DNA from: an uncultured Bacillota bacterium
GTDB taxonomy: Bacteria > Bacillota_I > Bacilli_A > RFN20 > CAG-826
DNA: 64,000 nt
NCBI GenBank assembly: GCA_937876465.1
Contig: CALEHV010000019.1
Coordinates: forward strand, 24,077-88,076
Direction of reading: 5' to 3'
In this document: positions 17,893-28,898 of the stretch, piece by piece
Layout of the letters: the number at the start of each line of letters is the position of its first letter
How positions within the stretch are numbered: the first letter of the stretch is position 1
The notes under the pieces: generated by a model
The model's database searches: none
Seen by the model: the letters and a program-made list of their open reading frames with translations, nothing else
What the model was told of the DNA's origin: nothing
Position numbers and translations under genes: made by a program

Positions 17893-19203
17893 ATGGTCAT
17901 TAATCCAGTAAAAGGCACACACGATATCATTGGCGATGAAGCAGCCATTTATACAGGCATTGAATCTGTATGTCGTGCAGTTGCTGAAGTATATAATTTC
18001 CAAGAAATTCGTACACCTGTTATTGAACATACTCCATTATTCCTTCGTTCAGTTGGCGAAAGCAGCGATATTGTTACTAAAGAAATGTACACTTTTGAAG
18101 ATAAAGGTGGACGTTCCATTACTCTTCGCCCTGAGCTAACTGCAGGTGTAATGCGTAGCATTGTTTCAAACAAGTTATATGCAAATGCAGATTTACCATT
18201 AAAGTATTTCTACATTGGCCAATGCTTCAGATATGAAAGACCTCAAGCAGGTCGTTACCGTCAATTCCATCAATTTGGTATCGAAGTTGTCGGAGCTACA
18301 AATTACTTACAAGATGTTGAAGCAATCGTCTTTGGTAAAAGAGTTCTCGAAGCATTAAGTTTAGACAAAGTTAAAGTTTGTATTAATACATTAGGCGACG
18401 ATGCCTCGAGAAATGCATATAGAGACGCATTAAGAAAATACTTTGCTGAACACATCGAAAATATGTGCCCAGATTGCAAACGTAGATTAGAGCTTAATCC
18501 TCTTCGTATTCTTGACTGCAAAGTCCCTGAAGATCGTCCAATTATCGAAAAAGCTCCTAAGATGAGCGATTTCCTCACTGACGAAGCAAGAGTTCAATTT
18601 GAAAACATTGTTGATGAACTCAAAAAATTAGGTGTTGAAGTCGAAATCGATGAGACTCTCGTAAGAGGATTAGATTACTATACCGGAGTTGTATTTGAAT
18701 ATAAAGCTACTGAAGGCGACGATGTCGGAGCAATTGGTGGCGGTGGACACTATAAAAATTTATTACATGAAGTTGGTGGTCCAGAACTCGAAGGAATCGG
18801 TTTGGCATTCGGCCTTGAAAGATTGTTCCACGTATTCTCACAAGCACACGGAACAGACAATCTCGTCCTTGGACCAGATTTCTATCTCATGGGAATGAAT
18901 AACTTAGCTATCGAAGCTAATGTAATGTTAGCCGATATACTACGTATAAATGGCTTCTCATGTGATATGAACTTCGAAGAAAAAGGCTTTAAGTCATTAT
19001 TTAAAATTGCTGAACGTAAGAAAGCAAAATTCGCAATTATTGTTGGCGAAGACGAAATGACCAAGAGTCAAATTACAGTTAAAAATCTTAAGACTCAAGA
19101 ACAAACATCTGTTAAAAATGACGATATGTTAAGAGTTCTTAGAACAATGTTAGAAGAATACTTACAAGAAGCACAAGTTGCTGCTTTGGAGGAAGATAAA
19201 TAA
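17893..19203 (+). CDS. hisS: Histidyl-tRNA synthetase
   Basis: Class II aaRS motifs and HisRS anticodon-binding domain, 436 aa. Confidence 0.95.
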   Translation: MVINPVKGTHDIIGDEAAIYTGIESVCRAVAEVYNFQEIRTPVIEHTPLFLRSVGESSDIVTKEMYTFEDKGGRSITLRPELTAGVMRSIVSNKLYANADLPLKYFYIGQCFRYERPQAGRYRQFHQFGIEVVGATNYLQDVEAIVFGKRVLEALSLDKVKVCINTLGDDASRNAYRDALRKYFAEHIENMCPDCKRRLELNPLRILDCKVPEDRPIIEKAPKMSDFLTDEARVQFENIVDELKKLGVEVEIDETLVRGLDYYTGVVFEYKATEGDDVGAIGGGGHYKNLLHEVGGPELEGIGLAFGLERLFHVFSQAHGTDNLVLGPDFYLMGMNNLAIEANVMLADILRINGFSCDMNFEEKGFKSLFKIAERKKAKFAIIVGEDEMTKSQITVKNLKTQEQTSVKNDDMLRVLRTMLEEYLQEAQVAALEEDK

Positions 19204-20933
19204 TGGAAAGAACATGTTACAATACAGAACTTTCTTTGAAAGATGAAGGCAAAAAAGTCACTTTAGTTGGTTGGGTTGCAAAACGCCGTAACCTCGGAAG
19301 TCTTTTATTCATCGATTTACGTGATAGAAGTGGAATTATTCAAATCACAGTAAATGAAGGTATTGAAGTTCCTGATGTCCGTAATGAATATGTAATTTCA
19401 GTTAAAGGAACGGTTCACAAAAAAGAAGTTGCGAACAAAAACCTCAAGACAGGTGAAATCGAAATTATTGCACAATCAATTGAAGTTCTTAGCAAAGCTA
19501 AAACAACCCCAATGATTATTGCAGATGATACAGACGCTCTAGAAGATCTTCGCTTAAAATATAGATACCTCGACATTCGTCGTCCAGCAATTCAAAAGAA
19601 CTTAATGCAAAGAGCAAAAATTGTTAGAATTGCACACGAATATTTTGATAACAATGGCTTTATTGAAGTTGAAACTCCATGCCTTTGCTTATCCACACCT
19701 GAAGGCGCACGTGATTATCTTGTCCCATCAAGAGTGAACCATGGCAGTTTCTTCGCACTTCCTCAATCACCTCAATTGTTTAAACAATTGTTGATGATTG
19801 GTGGTATGGAAAGATACTATCAAGTTGCTCGTTGCTTCCGTGACGAAGACTTAAGACAAGATAGACAACCAGAATTTACTCAAATTGATTTAGAAATGTC
19901 GTTCCTTGATGAAGATCAAATCTTAACTATCATGGAAGGATTCTTATCAAGAGTGTTTAAAGAATGTGTTGGCTATGAAGTTAAACTTCCTTTACGTCGT
20001 ATGCCTTATTCAGAAGCTGTCGGCGTATATGGTAGCGATAAACCAGATACAAGATTCGGTTTAAAACTTAATGATGTCAAAGACATCTTATCAAAATCAG
20101 AATTCGGTGGATTCCAAAATTCTGAAATGGTTAAAGCGATCAATGTTCCAGGTATTGCTTCTAAAACAAGCCGTAAAGTTATTGATGAATTAACAATGGA
20201 AGCCAAGAAATTTGGTCTTGGTGGACTTGGAGTATTCAAAGTCAACAACGGTTTATTAGAAGGAAGCTTAGTTAAATTTGTTAACGAAGACTTACAAAAA
20301 GAATTGATTGCAAAGCTTGACGCTAAAAACGAAGACGTTATTCTTGTCGCAGCCGGAAAACCGGACCAAGTTAACTTCGGTTTAGGTGCTCTACGTAGTA
20401 GATATGGCCACGAACTCGGTTACGTCAAGCCAAATACATACGATTTGTTGTGGGTTGTTGATTTCCCTCTCTTTGAGAAGGATATCCACGATGGAAGCTA
20501 CAAACCTCTCCATCACCCATTTACAAGGCCTACCCCAGAAACTGCTCAATATTTATACAGCGATCCAAGTAAATGCTTAAGTGCTGCATACGATATTGTT
20601 ATCAACGGTTATGAAGCTGGTGGTGGATCATTAAGAATTTATGATCAAGATATGCAAAAACGCATATTTGAAATTCTTGGATTTACTCAAGAAGACATCG
20701 TTCGTAAATTTGGTTATTTCGTTGGAGCGTTCCAATATGGAACACCTCCACATGGTGGTCTCGCATTTGGACTTGAAAGATTAACAATGATTATTTGTGG
20801 AACAGACAACATTCGTGATGTTATTGCCTTCCCAAAGAACCTTAAAGCATCATGTCCAATGTCAAGCGCACCTCAACCAGTTGATCCTCAACAACTTGAA
20901 GATCTTGGTATCGAAGTAAAGAAAGAAAATTAA
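19203..20933 (+). CDS. aspS: Aspartyl-tRNA synthetase
   Basis: OB-fold N-domain, GAD insertion, class II motifs (QSPQLFKQ, FRDEDLR, GGGSLRI). Confidence 0.95.
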   Translation: MERTCYNTELSLKDEGKKVTLVGWVAKRRNLGSLLFIDLRDRSGIIQITVNEGIEVPDVRNEYVISVKGTVHKKEVANKNLKTGEIEIIAQSIEVLSKAKTTPMIIADDTDALEDLRLKYRYLDIRRPAIQKNLMQRAKIVRIAHEYFDNNGFIEVETPCLCLSTPEGARDYLVPSRVNHGSFFALPQSPQLFKQLLMIGGMERYYQVARCFRDEDLRQDRQPEFTQIDLEMSFLDEDQILTIMEGFLSRVFKECVGYEVKLPLRRMPYSEAVGVYGSDKPDTRFGLKLNDVKDILSKSEFGGFQNSEMVKAINVPGIASKTSRKVIDELTMEAKKFGLGGLGVFKVNNGLLEGSLVKFVNEDLQKELIAKLDAKNEDVILVAAGKPDQVNFGLGALRSRYGHELGYVKPNTYDLLWVVDFPLFEKDIHDGSYKPLHHPFTRPTPETAQYLYSDPSKCLSAAYDIVINGYEAGGGSLRIYDQDMQKRIFEILGFTQEDIVRKFGYFVGAFQYGTPPHGGLAFGLERLTMIICGTDNIRDVIAFPKNLKASCPMSSAPQPVDPQQLEDLGIEVKKEN

Positions 20934-20956
20934 AAATTGAAAAGGAGATTCATTAA

Positions 20957-22927
20957 ATGAATAAAAAAGAACTTGATCAATTATCAGTAGCAGCAATTAG
21001 ATCAATGTGTATCGATGTTGTTAACAAAGCAAAATCTGGTCACCCAGGTATGGCTTTAGGTAGCGCACCAATCCTTTACACATTATTCAGCAATCACATT
21101 GTTGCTAACCCAAATGACCCAATGTGGTTCAATCGTGATAGATTTGTTCTCTCAGCAGGTCACGCCAGTAGTTTACTTTACACAATGCTTCATGTTTGTG
21201 GATACAAAGTATCCCTTGATGATCTCAAGAGCTTCCGTCAATTAGGAAGTCTTACTCCAGGTCACCCAGAATTCAAACATACTCAAGGTGTTGATGCAAC
21301 TAGTGGTCCTTTAGGACAAGGTATCGCTCAAGCAGTTGGTATGGCAATGGCTGAAAGAGCAGTTGCTGCCCAATATGCAGAAGGCGAAAAACTTTGTTCA
21401 CATTACACATATGCATTATGTGGAGATGGCTGTTTACAAGAAGGCCTTTCTCAAGAGGCAATTTCTTTAGCTGGTCACCACAGATTAAATAAGTTAATTC
21501 TTATTTATGATAGCAATAACGTTACATTGGATGGTGGCTTAGGCTTATCATTCTCTGAAAATGTTAAAGCAAGATTCTTAGCATCCGAATGGGATGTCTT
21601 AGAAGTTGAAGACGGCAACGATATCGATGCTATCGACGCTGCAATTAGCAGAGCTAAGAAATCAGAAGACAAGCCAACCTTAATCATTGTCAAAACTGTT
21701 ATTGGTTATGGTAGTGAAAAACAAGGTACATGCAAAGTCCATGGTAACCCACTCGGTGAAGAAGACGGTGCAAAGGCCAAAGCATTCTATGGCTACAATT
21801 ATCCAGCATTCACAATTCCAGAGGAAGTTTATGCTCATTTTAGAGAAACTTTTGCTGCAAGAGGTGAAAAAGCAGAAGCAGCTTGGAATGATAACTACAA
21901 AAACTATGTTAAAAATCACGCAGAGGACGCTAAAACCTTTGAAAAGGCTGTCGCTGGTGAAGTATCAAGTTACTTTGTAAAAGAGCCCGAATTCGCTGCT
22001 GACAATGCTGACTCAACACGTGTTAGCTCAGGAAAAGCTCTTAACGATATGCACAAACTCATTCCATTCGTAATGGGTGGTAGTGCTGACGTTGCAGGCT
22101 CTGTTATGACAAAAATTACAGATGGCGTTAATTTTGAAAAAGCAACCCCAAATGGTAGAAACGTTAACTGGGGTATTCGTGAATTTGCAATGGGCTGTGC
22201 TCAAAATGGTATGCTTTTACACGGTGGTGTTAAGACATATGTTGGCGCATTCTTAGTCTTCGTAGATTACATGAAAGCTGCAGTTAGAATGGCTGCTTTA
22301 AGCAAACTCCCAGGTATCTACTTATTCTCTCACGACAGCGTTGCTGTCGGTGAAGATGGACCAACCCATCAACCAATCGAACATTGCGCAATGCTTCGTA
22401 GCATTCCAAACGTTAACGTAATCCGTCCATGTGATGCACGTGAAACTTACGCTGCATGGAAATTAGCACTTGAAAGCAAAGAGACTCCAACAGCTCTTAT
22501 CCTTTCAAGACAAAACTTACCACTTTTAAGCTCTTCATATGAAGATGTCGCAAAAGGTGCTTACGTTATCCGTGAAGCAAAGAACAAAGCAGAAGCAATT
22601 TTAGTTGCTACAGGTAGCGAAGTTTCTTTAGCTATCCAAGCACAAAAATTATTAGCTGAAAAAGGTGTTGATGTAAGAGTTGTTTCAATGCCATCAACAT
22701 TCTTCTTTGATAAACAAGATAAAGCATATCAAAACAAAGTTTTGTCACTTCCAAAAGATAAGATTGTTTCAGTTGAAATGATGTCTACATTTGGCTGGGC
22801 AAAATATGCTGGACACAACTATGGTATCGATACATTTGGTACATCAGCTCCAGCAAAAGACGCAATTAAGGCTTATCACTTCCTCCCAGAAGATTTAGTC
22901 GAATTTGTTCTTAAAAACGTTAAATAA
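20957..22927 (+). CDS. tkt: Transketolase
   Basis: TPP-binding GDGCLQEG motif, 656 aa, AAAGGAG RBS. Confidence 0.95.
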   Translation: MNKKELDQLSVAAIRSMCIDVVNKAKSGHPGMALGSAPILYTLFSNHIVANPNDPMWFNRDRFVLSAGHASSLLYTMLHVCGYKVSLDDLKSFRQLGSLTPGHPEFKHTQGVDATSGPLGQGIAQAVGMAMAERAVAAQYAEGEKLCSHYTYALCGDGCLQEGLSQEAISLAGHHRLNKLILIYDSNNVTLDGGLGLSFSENVKARFLASEWDVLEVEDGNDIDAIDAAISRAKKSEDKPTLIIVKTVIGYGSEKQGTCKVHGNPLGEEDGAKAKAFYGYNYPAFTIPEEVYAHFRETFAARGEKAEAAWNDNYKNYVKNHAEDAKTFEKAVAGEVSSYFVKEPEFAADNADSTRVSSGKALNDMHKLIPFVMGGSADVAGSVMTKITDGVNFEKATPNGRNVNWGIREFAMGCAQNGMLLHGGVKTYVGAFLVFVDYMKAAVRMAALSKLPGIYLFSHDSVAVGEDGPTHQPIEHCAMLRSIPNVNVIRPCDARETYAAWKLALESKETPTALILSRQNLPLLSSSYEDVAKGAYVIREAKNKAEAILVATGSEVSLAIQAQKLLAEKGVDVRVVSMPSTFFFDKQDKAYQNKVLSLPKDKIVSVEMMSTFGWAKYAGHNYGIDTFGTSAPAKDAIKAYHFLPEDLVEFVLKNVK

Positions 22928-22941
22928 TCGGAGGTAAAAAT

Positions 22942-23286
22942 ATGGCAGACTATGTCTACATCAAAAATACTTCCAATAAAGGCGAGTTAGCTATTTCACG
23001 CCACGTTTTTGAAGCACTCGCAACTGAAGCTGTTGATAGAGTTATCGGTGCAAAAGTTGCAGTAAGCAAATCAAAAAGCAAAAGAATAGCAAAGCTATTT
23101 AATCCAGTTAAAGTGGTGTTTCACTCTAACGGGCAAGTAGAAATTAAAATTTCTATTACACTTTCAAAAGGAGCAAATGTTAATAAGGTGTGTTTGAACC
23201 TTCAAGAAGAAGTTGGACAAAGTTTATTAGCTTACACAGAATCAGTTCCATTTGAAATCAAAATAAAAGTTGCATCAATTGACTAA
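22942..23286 (+). CDS. Asp23/Gls24 family alkaline-shock protein
   Basis: DUF322-like sequence. Position upstream of nusB matches B. subtilis yqhY. Confidence 0.8.
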   Translation: MADYVYIKNTSNKGELAISRHVFEALATEAVDRVIGAKVAVSKSKSKRIAKLFNPVKVVFHSNGQVEIKISITLSKGANVNKVCLNLQEEVGQSLLAYTESVPFEIKIKVASID

Positions 23287-23288
23287 TT

Positions 23289-23912
23289 ATGAAAAAGCGC
23301 GAAAAGAGACCTATCACTTATGGTGAAGCACATAACAAGGCTGTCAGAATGTTTAAAAGAAGTAGCATCTTCTTGCTTTGGGCAGGTATTGTTAATCTTT
23401 TCGCAGTCATAATTGGTGTAATTCAAAGCGCAGCAGGATCCATTCTCAGTAGTGAGATTTGCAAAATCACATGGCCTACAAGTGGTTATGCATTATCGTT
23501 CTCAATTCAAATATTTTTGAATAGTCTACTAGTTCCAGCAATGGATCCTGGCCTCGCTTACTTCCTAATGTTATTAATTGCAGCAGGTTTCAGTGCATTG
23601 TTCGTTTTCATTGGCCTATTTGCATCAAAAGGAAGATTAGGCTTATTAATTGCTGGCGGAGCATTGTATGCTCTTGATTTTGTAGGCATGTTCTTTGTAT
23701 ACGGCTTCACACAAGTTCCAGCTGTATGGACAAACTATGCATTCACCTTAGCAACACACGCAATTATCTTTGCTGCTGTCGTTGTTGCAATCATCGAGTA
23801 TTACAATGTAATACATATTGAGAAAATCTTTAAAGGTGCAATGGAACCTGTGTTAGAAGAGGAAGTTGAAGGAGAGGTAATCGCAAATGGAAAAGACAAT
23901 ATCGAGAATTAA
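23289..23912 (+). CDS. Hypothetical polytopic membrane protein
   Basis: Five to six predicted TM helices. No recognisable family. Confidence 0.5.
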   Translation: MKKREKRPITYGEAHNKAVRMFKRSSIFLLWAGIVNLFAVIIGVIQSAAGSILSSEICKITWPTSGYALSFSIQIFLNSLLVPAMDPGLAYFLMLLIAAGFSALFVFIGLFASKGRLGLLIAGGALYALDFVGMFFVYGFTQVPAVWTNYAFTLATHAIIFAAVVVAIIEYYNVIHIEKIFKGAMEPVLEEEVEGEVIANGKDNIEN

Positions 23913-24300
23913 AGAAAATGAATTAATTATGTTTAGCATCTATGATGCTTTAATCTACATTTCTCAATCAGAAGAATTCTCATTAGAAGACACAATGGAA
24001 GGAATTTTCGGTATGCCGTTCAACGACATTCCTTTGTTTTCAAAAACTGTTGTTGTCAAATCCTTGTCCCATTACGACGAAATCAAAAACATCTTCCAAC
24101 CAAACATGCCTAAGTGGAGATTTGATAGATTAAATGCTGTCGAAAGAGCAATTCTTCTTATGAGTTATACTAATTATAAATTAGTAGGTGACATCGATAA
24201 GAAGGTTGTAATTAATACTGCAGTTAAATTAGCAAAAACATACTTAGACAAAGACGACTACAAATTTGTTAATGGTATTTTGGATAACGTTTTATGTTAG
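23887..24300 (+). CDS. nusB: Transcription antitermination factor NusB
   Basis: RLNAVERAILLMSYTNY and DYKFVNGILDNV conserved blocks. GGAGAGG RBS. Confidence 0.8.
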   Translation: MEKTISRIKENELIMFSIYDALIYISQSEEFSLEDTMEGIFGMPFNDIPLFSKTVVVKSLSHYDEIKNIFQPNMPKWRFDRLNAVERAILLMSYTNYKLVGDIDKKVVINTAVKLAKTYLDKDDYKFVNGILDNVLC

Positions 24301-25502
24301 AAAAGAATCCTTCCTATTCTGTTAGCCAATTAAATGATGCTATCAAACAAATGTTTGATTTAAACTTTGCATTACGTAATTTGACTATCAAAGGAGAGAT
24401 CAGTAATTTAAAACGCTATCCAAACGGACATGTTTATTTCTCGTTGAAGGATGATCAATCTTCAATTAGAGCAGCAATGTTTGCAAACTATGCTAAAAAT
24501 ATGCCCGCAACCATCAAAGATGGTGATGAAGTTTTAGTAAAAGGAAGAGTCAGCGTTTACGTTCCTCGTGGCGAATACATGTTCTATGTAGAAGCTATGG
24601 AATTAAATGGGCTAGGTTCTCAATTACTAGAACTTGAACTTCTTAAAAAGAAACTTGAAGCAGAAGGACTGTTCGACCCTTCAAGAAAAAGAAAGATTGA
24701 TATCTTTCCTAAAGCAATCGGTGTTATAAGCGCCGCTAATAGTGCTGCAATGGCAGACATCAAAACAAATCTTTTAAGAAGGAATCCCCTTATAGAGGTC
24801 ATTTGTTTCCCTAGTCTTGTCCAAGGTAGCGAAGCTCCAAAAGACCTTCTACGCGCCCTAAATGAGGCCAAAAACGCCAAGATAGATACTCTCATCATTG
24901 GTCGAGGTGGTGGTGCAAGCGAAGATCTCTCTGCATTTAATGATGAAACACTTGTTAGAGAGGCTTCTAAATTCCCAGTTCCGATTATATCGGCAGTTGG
25001 GCACGAAATAGACTTCACACTCATTGACTTCGTAGCGGACGCTCGCGCTAGTACACCTACTGGTGCTGCAGAACTCGCAACAATAGATAAACGTGAAATC
25101 TATCAAAAGCTCGATGATTGTTCAGAAAGATTAGATTCTTTCCTGAAAGGAACAATCGAATATTTGAAAGAAAAACTTGATAATATTAAGTCTCGTCCAT
25201 TCTTCCAAAATCCAAAGAGCATGTATGAAAGTAAATTGGTGGAACTTACAAACACCAAGAACAAATTAAATATGCTTATAAAGCATATATTGGAAATTAA
25301 AAAAGAGGAAATAACCTCTCGTTCCAAACATCTTACTGCCCTTTCTCCTGATGGAGTTCTCAATAGAGGATACTCAATTATGCAAGACGAAAGCGGAAAG
25401 GTAATAAAAAACATAAAAGATGTAGAAATTAACCAAATAGTTAAAACCACATTAAATGGTGGTGTAATGACATCAATAGTCACTAACAAGGAGGCAAAAT
25501 AA
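24294..25502 (+). CDS. xseA: Exodeoxyribonuclease VII large subunit
   Basis: OB-fold N-terminus and catalytic core, 402 aa. Confidence 0.9.
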   Translation: MLEKNPSYSVSQLNDAIKQMFDLNFALRNLTIKGEISNLKRYPNGHVYFSLKDDQSSIRAAMFANYAKNMPATIKDGDEVLVKGRVSVYVPRGEYMFYVEAMELNGLGSQLLELELLKKKLEAEGLFDPSRKRKIDIFPKAIGVISAANSAAMADIKTNLLRRNPLIEVICFPSLVQGSEAPKDLLRALNEAKNAKIDTLIIGRGGGASEDLSAFNDETLVREASKFPVPIISAVGHEIDFTLIDFVADARASTPTGAAELATIDKREIYQKLDDCSERLDSFLKGTIEYLKEKLDNIKSRPFFQNPKSMYESKLVELTNTKNKLNMLIKHILEIKKEEITSRSKHLTALSPDGVLNRGYSIMQDESGKVIKNIKDVEINQIVKTTLNGGVMTSIVTNKEAK

Positions 25503-25691
25503 ATGGCAGAAAACAAATTCAACTTCGAACAATCTCTTAAGAGATTAGATGAAATAGTTAATAAGATCGAAAACGAAACCCTTCCTTTGGAAGAATGCCT
25601 AAAGCTTTATGAAGAAGGCAAAAAGTTAATTGCTTCCTTGGAATCAGCATTAAAGGAAGCTGAGAAAAAAGTTGAGCTTGAAACAAAATAA
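25503..25691 (+). CDS. xseB: Exodeoxyribonuclease VII small subunit
   Basis: 62 aa helical protein with FEQSLKRLDEIV. Confidence 0.85.
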   Translation: MAENKFNFEQSLKRLDEIVNKIENETLPLEECLKLYEEGKKLIASLESALKEAEKKVELETK

Positions 25692-25707
25692 CATAGTTAA
25701 AAATAAT

Positions 25708-25737
25708 AATTAGTAGTTTTTTAGTATTATATTAGTA
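25708..25737. repeat. TAGTAG(T) units at 11 bp period (3 units) between xseB and dxs
   Basis: Units start at 25711, 25722 and 25733. The 19-mer AATTAGTAGTTTTTTAGTA is identical to 33368-33386. Confidence 0.5.
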
Positions 25738-25740
25738 TTT

Positions 25741-27612
25741 ATGAGTAAAAAGAGTAACATAGTTAACCATATCGATTTAGGAAAGATAGAGAATCCTAAA
25801 TTTTTGGCAACTTTGTCGTATAAAGAATTAAATGTTCTCGCAGAAGACATTAGACACGAGATCTTAAGAGTCACAAGTCTTTATGGTGGACACTTATCAA
25901 GCAACCTTGGTGCAGTCGAATTAACTATCGCACTTAATCGTTCCTTTGAATTTTCAAAGGATAAGTTGATTTTCGATGTCGGCCATCAATGCTACACTTA
26001 TAAAATTCTAACCGGAAGAAGCCTTGAACATTTGCGAAGTAAACAAGGTGTTTCTGGTTTCCAAAAGATGGCCGAGTCTCCATACGATTGCTTTGAAGCA
26101 GGGCATTCATCAACATCAATTAGTGCTGCTAATGGCTTCGCCATTGCAAGAGATTTAAAAGGTGAAAAATATGATATAGTCGCATTTATCGGAGATGGTT
26201 CAATCGTTTCTGGATTAGCTTTTGAAGGCTTAAACAACCTTGCCGCAAGCAATCACAAAGTGATTATTGTTTTAAATGATAACGGCATGTCCATTTCTAA
26301 ACCTACTGGTGGACTCGGAAAAGCTTTTGCTAAGATTTCGTCTGGTGCTAGTTACAACAAAAACAAACTTCGCTACAAGCGATTCATGACCAAAACTAAA
26401 TTTGGTACTAAAATTTATAACTGGTCAGTCGGTGTTAAAAATTGGTTTAAACGTGTTTTAGTTCCTTTAACAATTTTCGATAGTATGGGACTTACATACA
26501 TTGGACCAGTCGATGGCCATAACATTAAAGCGTTAGAAAACGCATTTAAGAGAGCGAAAAATACAACAAAATCTGTTGTTGTTCACGTTTCTACCTTAAA
26601 AGGTAAAGGATATATTCCAGCCGAAAACGATCAATCAGGTTATTGGCACGGTGTTTCGCCATTTGAAATCGATACCGGTATGCCTGTAAACATGCACACA
26701 GGATTCAACTCATGGTCGCACATATTTAGCGATATAACTGACCAGATGATGGAAAAACATCAAAATGCTTATTTGATTTCTCCTGCAACACTAAAGGGTG
26801 CTGGACTTGATGAAGTATTTAATAAATACAAAGATAGAGCAGTGGATGTCGGCATTGCTGAAGAACACGCTATGACAATGGCGAGTGGACTAGCGCTTAA
26901 TGGACTACATCCAATTATCAGCATCTATTCAACATTCATGCAAAGATCATTCGATGAAATATCACACGATTTAGCTAGAATGAATTGCAATGCAACTATA
27001 TTAGTTGATAGATCAGGATTAGTTGGTGCTGATGGAGAAACACATCAAGGAATTTATGATGTTTCTTTCTTATCAAATACTCCAAACACAATTGTTACAA
27101 TGCCTTCAACTCCTGAAGAAGCAAAAGCTTTATATGAAGAATCGTTCAATAATCATGGTACTTTCTTCATCAGACTCCCACGTTCAATGGCTGCTTATGA
27201 CAAGAATATTAATTATATTAATGTTCCATTTGGAAGATGGTCTTCATTGAAGAAGGGTACAAAAACTGCAGTTGTTGGAATCGGACCTCTCTTGAGAGAA
27301 TTAGAACAATTAGTAGCAACTTCAAATATGAAAGACGAAATTGCTCTCTATAACGCTTTATATATTTCGCCAATAAACAATTTGGATGTTGACGAACTTC
27401 TCAACTACGAAAGAATCGTCATTTATGACCCTTATTCAACTCGTGGAGGCTTTGTTGATCCTCTCATGGGCAAATTATTAGAAAAACAATTTAAAGGCGT
27501 TATTTCGGCCTTCTGTGTACCTACAATGTTTGTTAAACAAGCAACAGTGAAGGAACAGCTAAGCGACTTTGGTCTATTGCCTGAGCAAATAATGAAAGCG
27601 ATTGAAGAATAG
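25741..27612 (+). CDS. dxs: 1-deoxy-D-xylulose-5-phosphate synthase
   Basis: TPP-binding GDG...NDN motif and transketolase-like domains, 623 aa. Confidence 0.95.
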   Translation: MSKKSNIVNHIDLGKIENPKFLATLSYKELNVLAEDIRHEILRVTSLYGGHLSSNLGAVELTIALNRSFEFSKDKLIFDVGHQCYTYKILTGRSLEHLRSKQGVSGFQKMAESPYDCFEAGHSSTSISAANGFAIARDLKGEKYDIVAFIGDGSIVSGLAFEGLNNLAASNHKVIIVLNDNGMSISKPTGGLGKAFAKISSGASYNKNKLRYKRFMTKTKFGTKIYNWSVGVKNWFKRVLVPLTIFDSMGLTYIGPVDGHNIKALENAFKRAKNTTKSVVVHVSTLKGKGYIPAENDQSGYWHGVSPFEIDTGMPVNMHTGFNSWSHIFSDITDQMMEKHQNAYLISPATLKGAGLDEVFNKYKDRAVDVGIAEEHAMTMASGLALNGLHPIISIYSTFMQRSFDEISHDLARMNCNATILVDRSGLVGADGETHQGIYDVSFLSNTPNTIVTMPSTPEEAKALYEESFNNHGTFFIRLPRSMAAYDKNINYINVPFGRWSSLKKGTKTAVVGIGPLLRELEQLVATSNMKDEIALYNALYISPINNLDVDELLNYERIVIYDPYSTRGGFVDPLMGKLLEKQFKGVISAFCVPTMFVKQATVKEQLSDFGLLPEQIMKAIEE

Positions 27613-27635
27613 AGGCGATGCCTCTTTTCTTTTTG
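27611..27635 (+). terminator. Terminator after dxs
   Basis: AGAGGC-GAT-GCCTCT hairpin plus TTTCTTTTT. Confidence 0.6.
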
Positions 27636-27689
27636 CCCATTGGTTAACATAATATAGACATCCAATTTATATTTATATAAACTAAAAAT

Positions 27690-28898
27690 ATGGGCAAAAC
27701 AATTTTGCATATTGATTTAAATGCATTCTTTGTAAGATGCGAAGAAATTCGTAATCCTTCACTAGAAGGCAAACCTGTTATCATCGGTCACGAAGGTAGA
27801 TGCGGCATTGTTTCAACATGTTCATATAAAGCTCGTGAATACGGTGTACGTTCTGGTATGCCTACATTTAAAGCAAAGCAGCTTTGCCCACAAGCAATAA
27901 TTGTTAGTGATTCAAGAAATTCTTACAAATACTACAAAGAAATGTCTAAAAGTTTCTTTAACATAGTTAAACGTTACTCAAAATTAATAGAACCAATGTC
28001 GATTGATGAATGCTTTGTTGATATTACTGAACAGATTAAAAATGTAAAAAATCCTTTAGCATACATTAAAGAAATTCAAGACACCATCTATAAAGAAACT
28101 AAACTCAAATGTTCAATTGGCGTTGCTGCGACTAAATTTCTTGCCAAAATGGCAAGTGATATGAAAAAGCCGATGGGCATAACTGTCATAAGAAGGAAAG
28201 ATGTTCGAAAAATGCTCGATCCTTTGCCAATTGGAGATTTCTTTGGAATTGGAAAGAAGAGCGCTCCTCGTTTTATTGCAGCTGGCTATAAAACAATTGG
28301 CGACTTAGCAAAGCTAGTTAATGAAAGCCCAGAGGAAGCATCTAAATTTTTAGGAAAATTCTATTCTACAATCAAAGATTGGATTAATGGATACGGAAGC
28401 GATGTTGTTGATGTTGAGCCGTTTGATCCTAAATCTGTAGGCCACAGTAAAACATTGATGGCTGATACAAACAACTACGATGAATTGGCAGATGAGATTA
28501 AAGAGATTTCAAAAGAAGTTAGTGAAGATGCTAAACGTATCGATAAAATTGGATACTCGGTTCAAATCGTTTTAAAAAACGATGAATTCAAAACAACAAA
28601 TGCTTCAAAACGTTTAGAAAGACCTACAAACGATTATGAGGTTATAGTTTCAACAGCGTTATCTCTATTAGATAAGAAATATAATCCTGAACAAAACATC
28701 AGATTGGTTGGCGTAACCCTACAACAACTTATTGTTCCTGAAGAAGCCTTAATACAGCTTTCAATTTTCGACGATCCAAAACAAGTCGAAGAAGAATGCG
28801 CAACAAAGTTGTTAATAGCTGACCTTAATAGAAAAACAAAAAAAGAGACTTTCAAAACTATGAGAGATTATTTGACAGATAAAAAATATGGAAATTAG
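27690..28898 (+). CDS. dinB: DNA polymerase IV (Y-family)
   Basis: ILHIDLNAFF and SIDECFVD catalytic motifs. Confidence 0.9.
   Translation: MGKTILHIDLNAFFVRCEEIRNPSLEGKPVIIGHEGRCGIVSTCSYKAREYGVRSGMPTFKAKQLCPQAIIVSDSRNSYKYYKEMSKSFFNIVKRYSKLIEPMSIDECFVDITEQIKNVKNPLAYIKEIQDTIYKETKLKCSIGVAATKFLAKMASDMKKPMGITVIRRKDVRKMLDPLPIGDFFGIGKKSAPRFIAAGYKTIGDLAKLVNESPEEASKFLGKFYSTIKDWINGYGSDVVDVEPFDPKSVGHSKTLMADTNNYDELADEIKEISKEVSEDAKRIDKIGYSVQIVLKNDEFKTTNASKRLERPTNDYEVIVSTALSLLDKKYNPEQNIRLVGVTLQQLIVPEEALIQLSIFDDPKQVEEECATKLLIADLNRKTKKETFKTMRDYLTDKKYGN

Noticed and set aside
24620-25522. Three minus-strand ORFs (134, 82 and 139 aa) opposite xseA
   Set aside because: They are antisense to the conserved xseA coding region. 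Their composition is typical of spurious ORFs.
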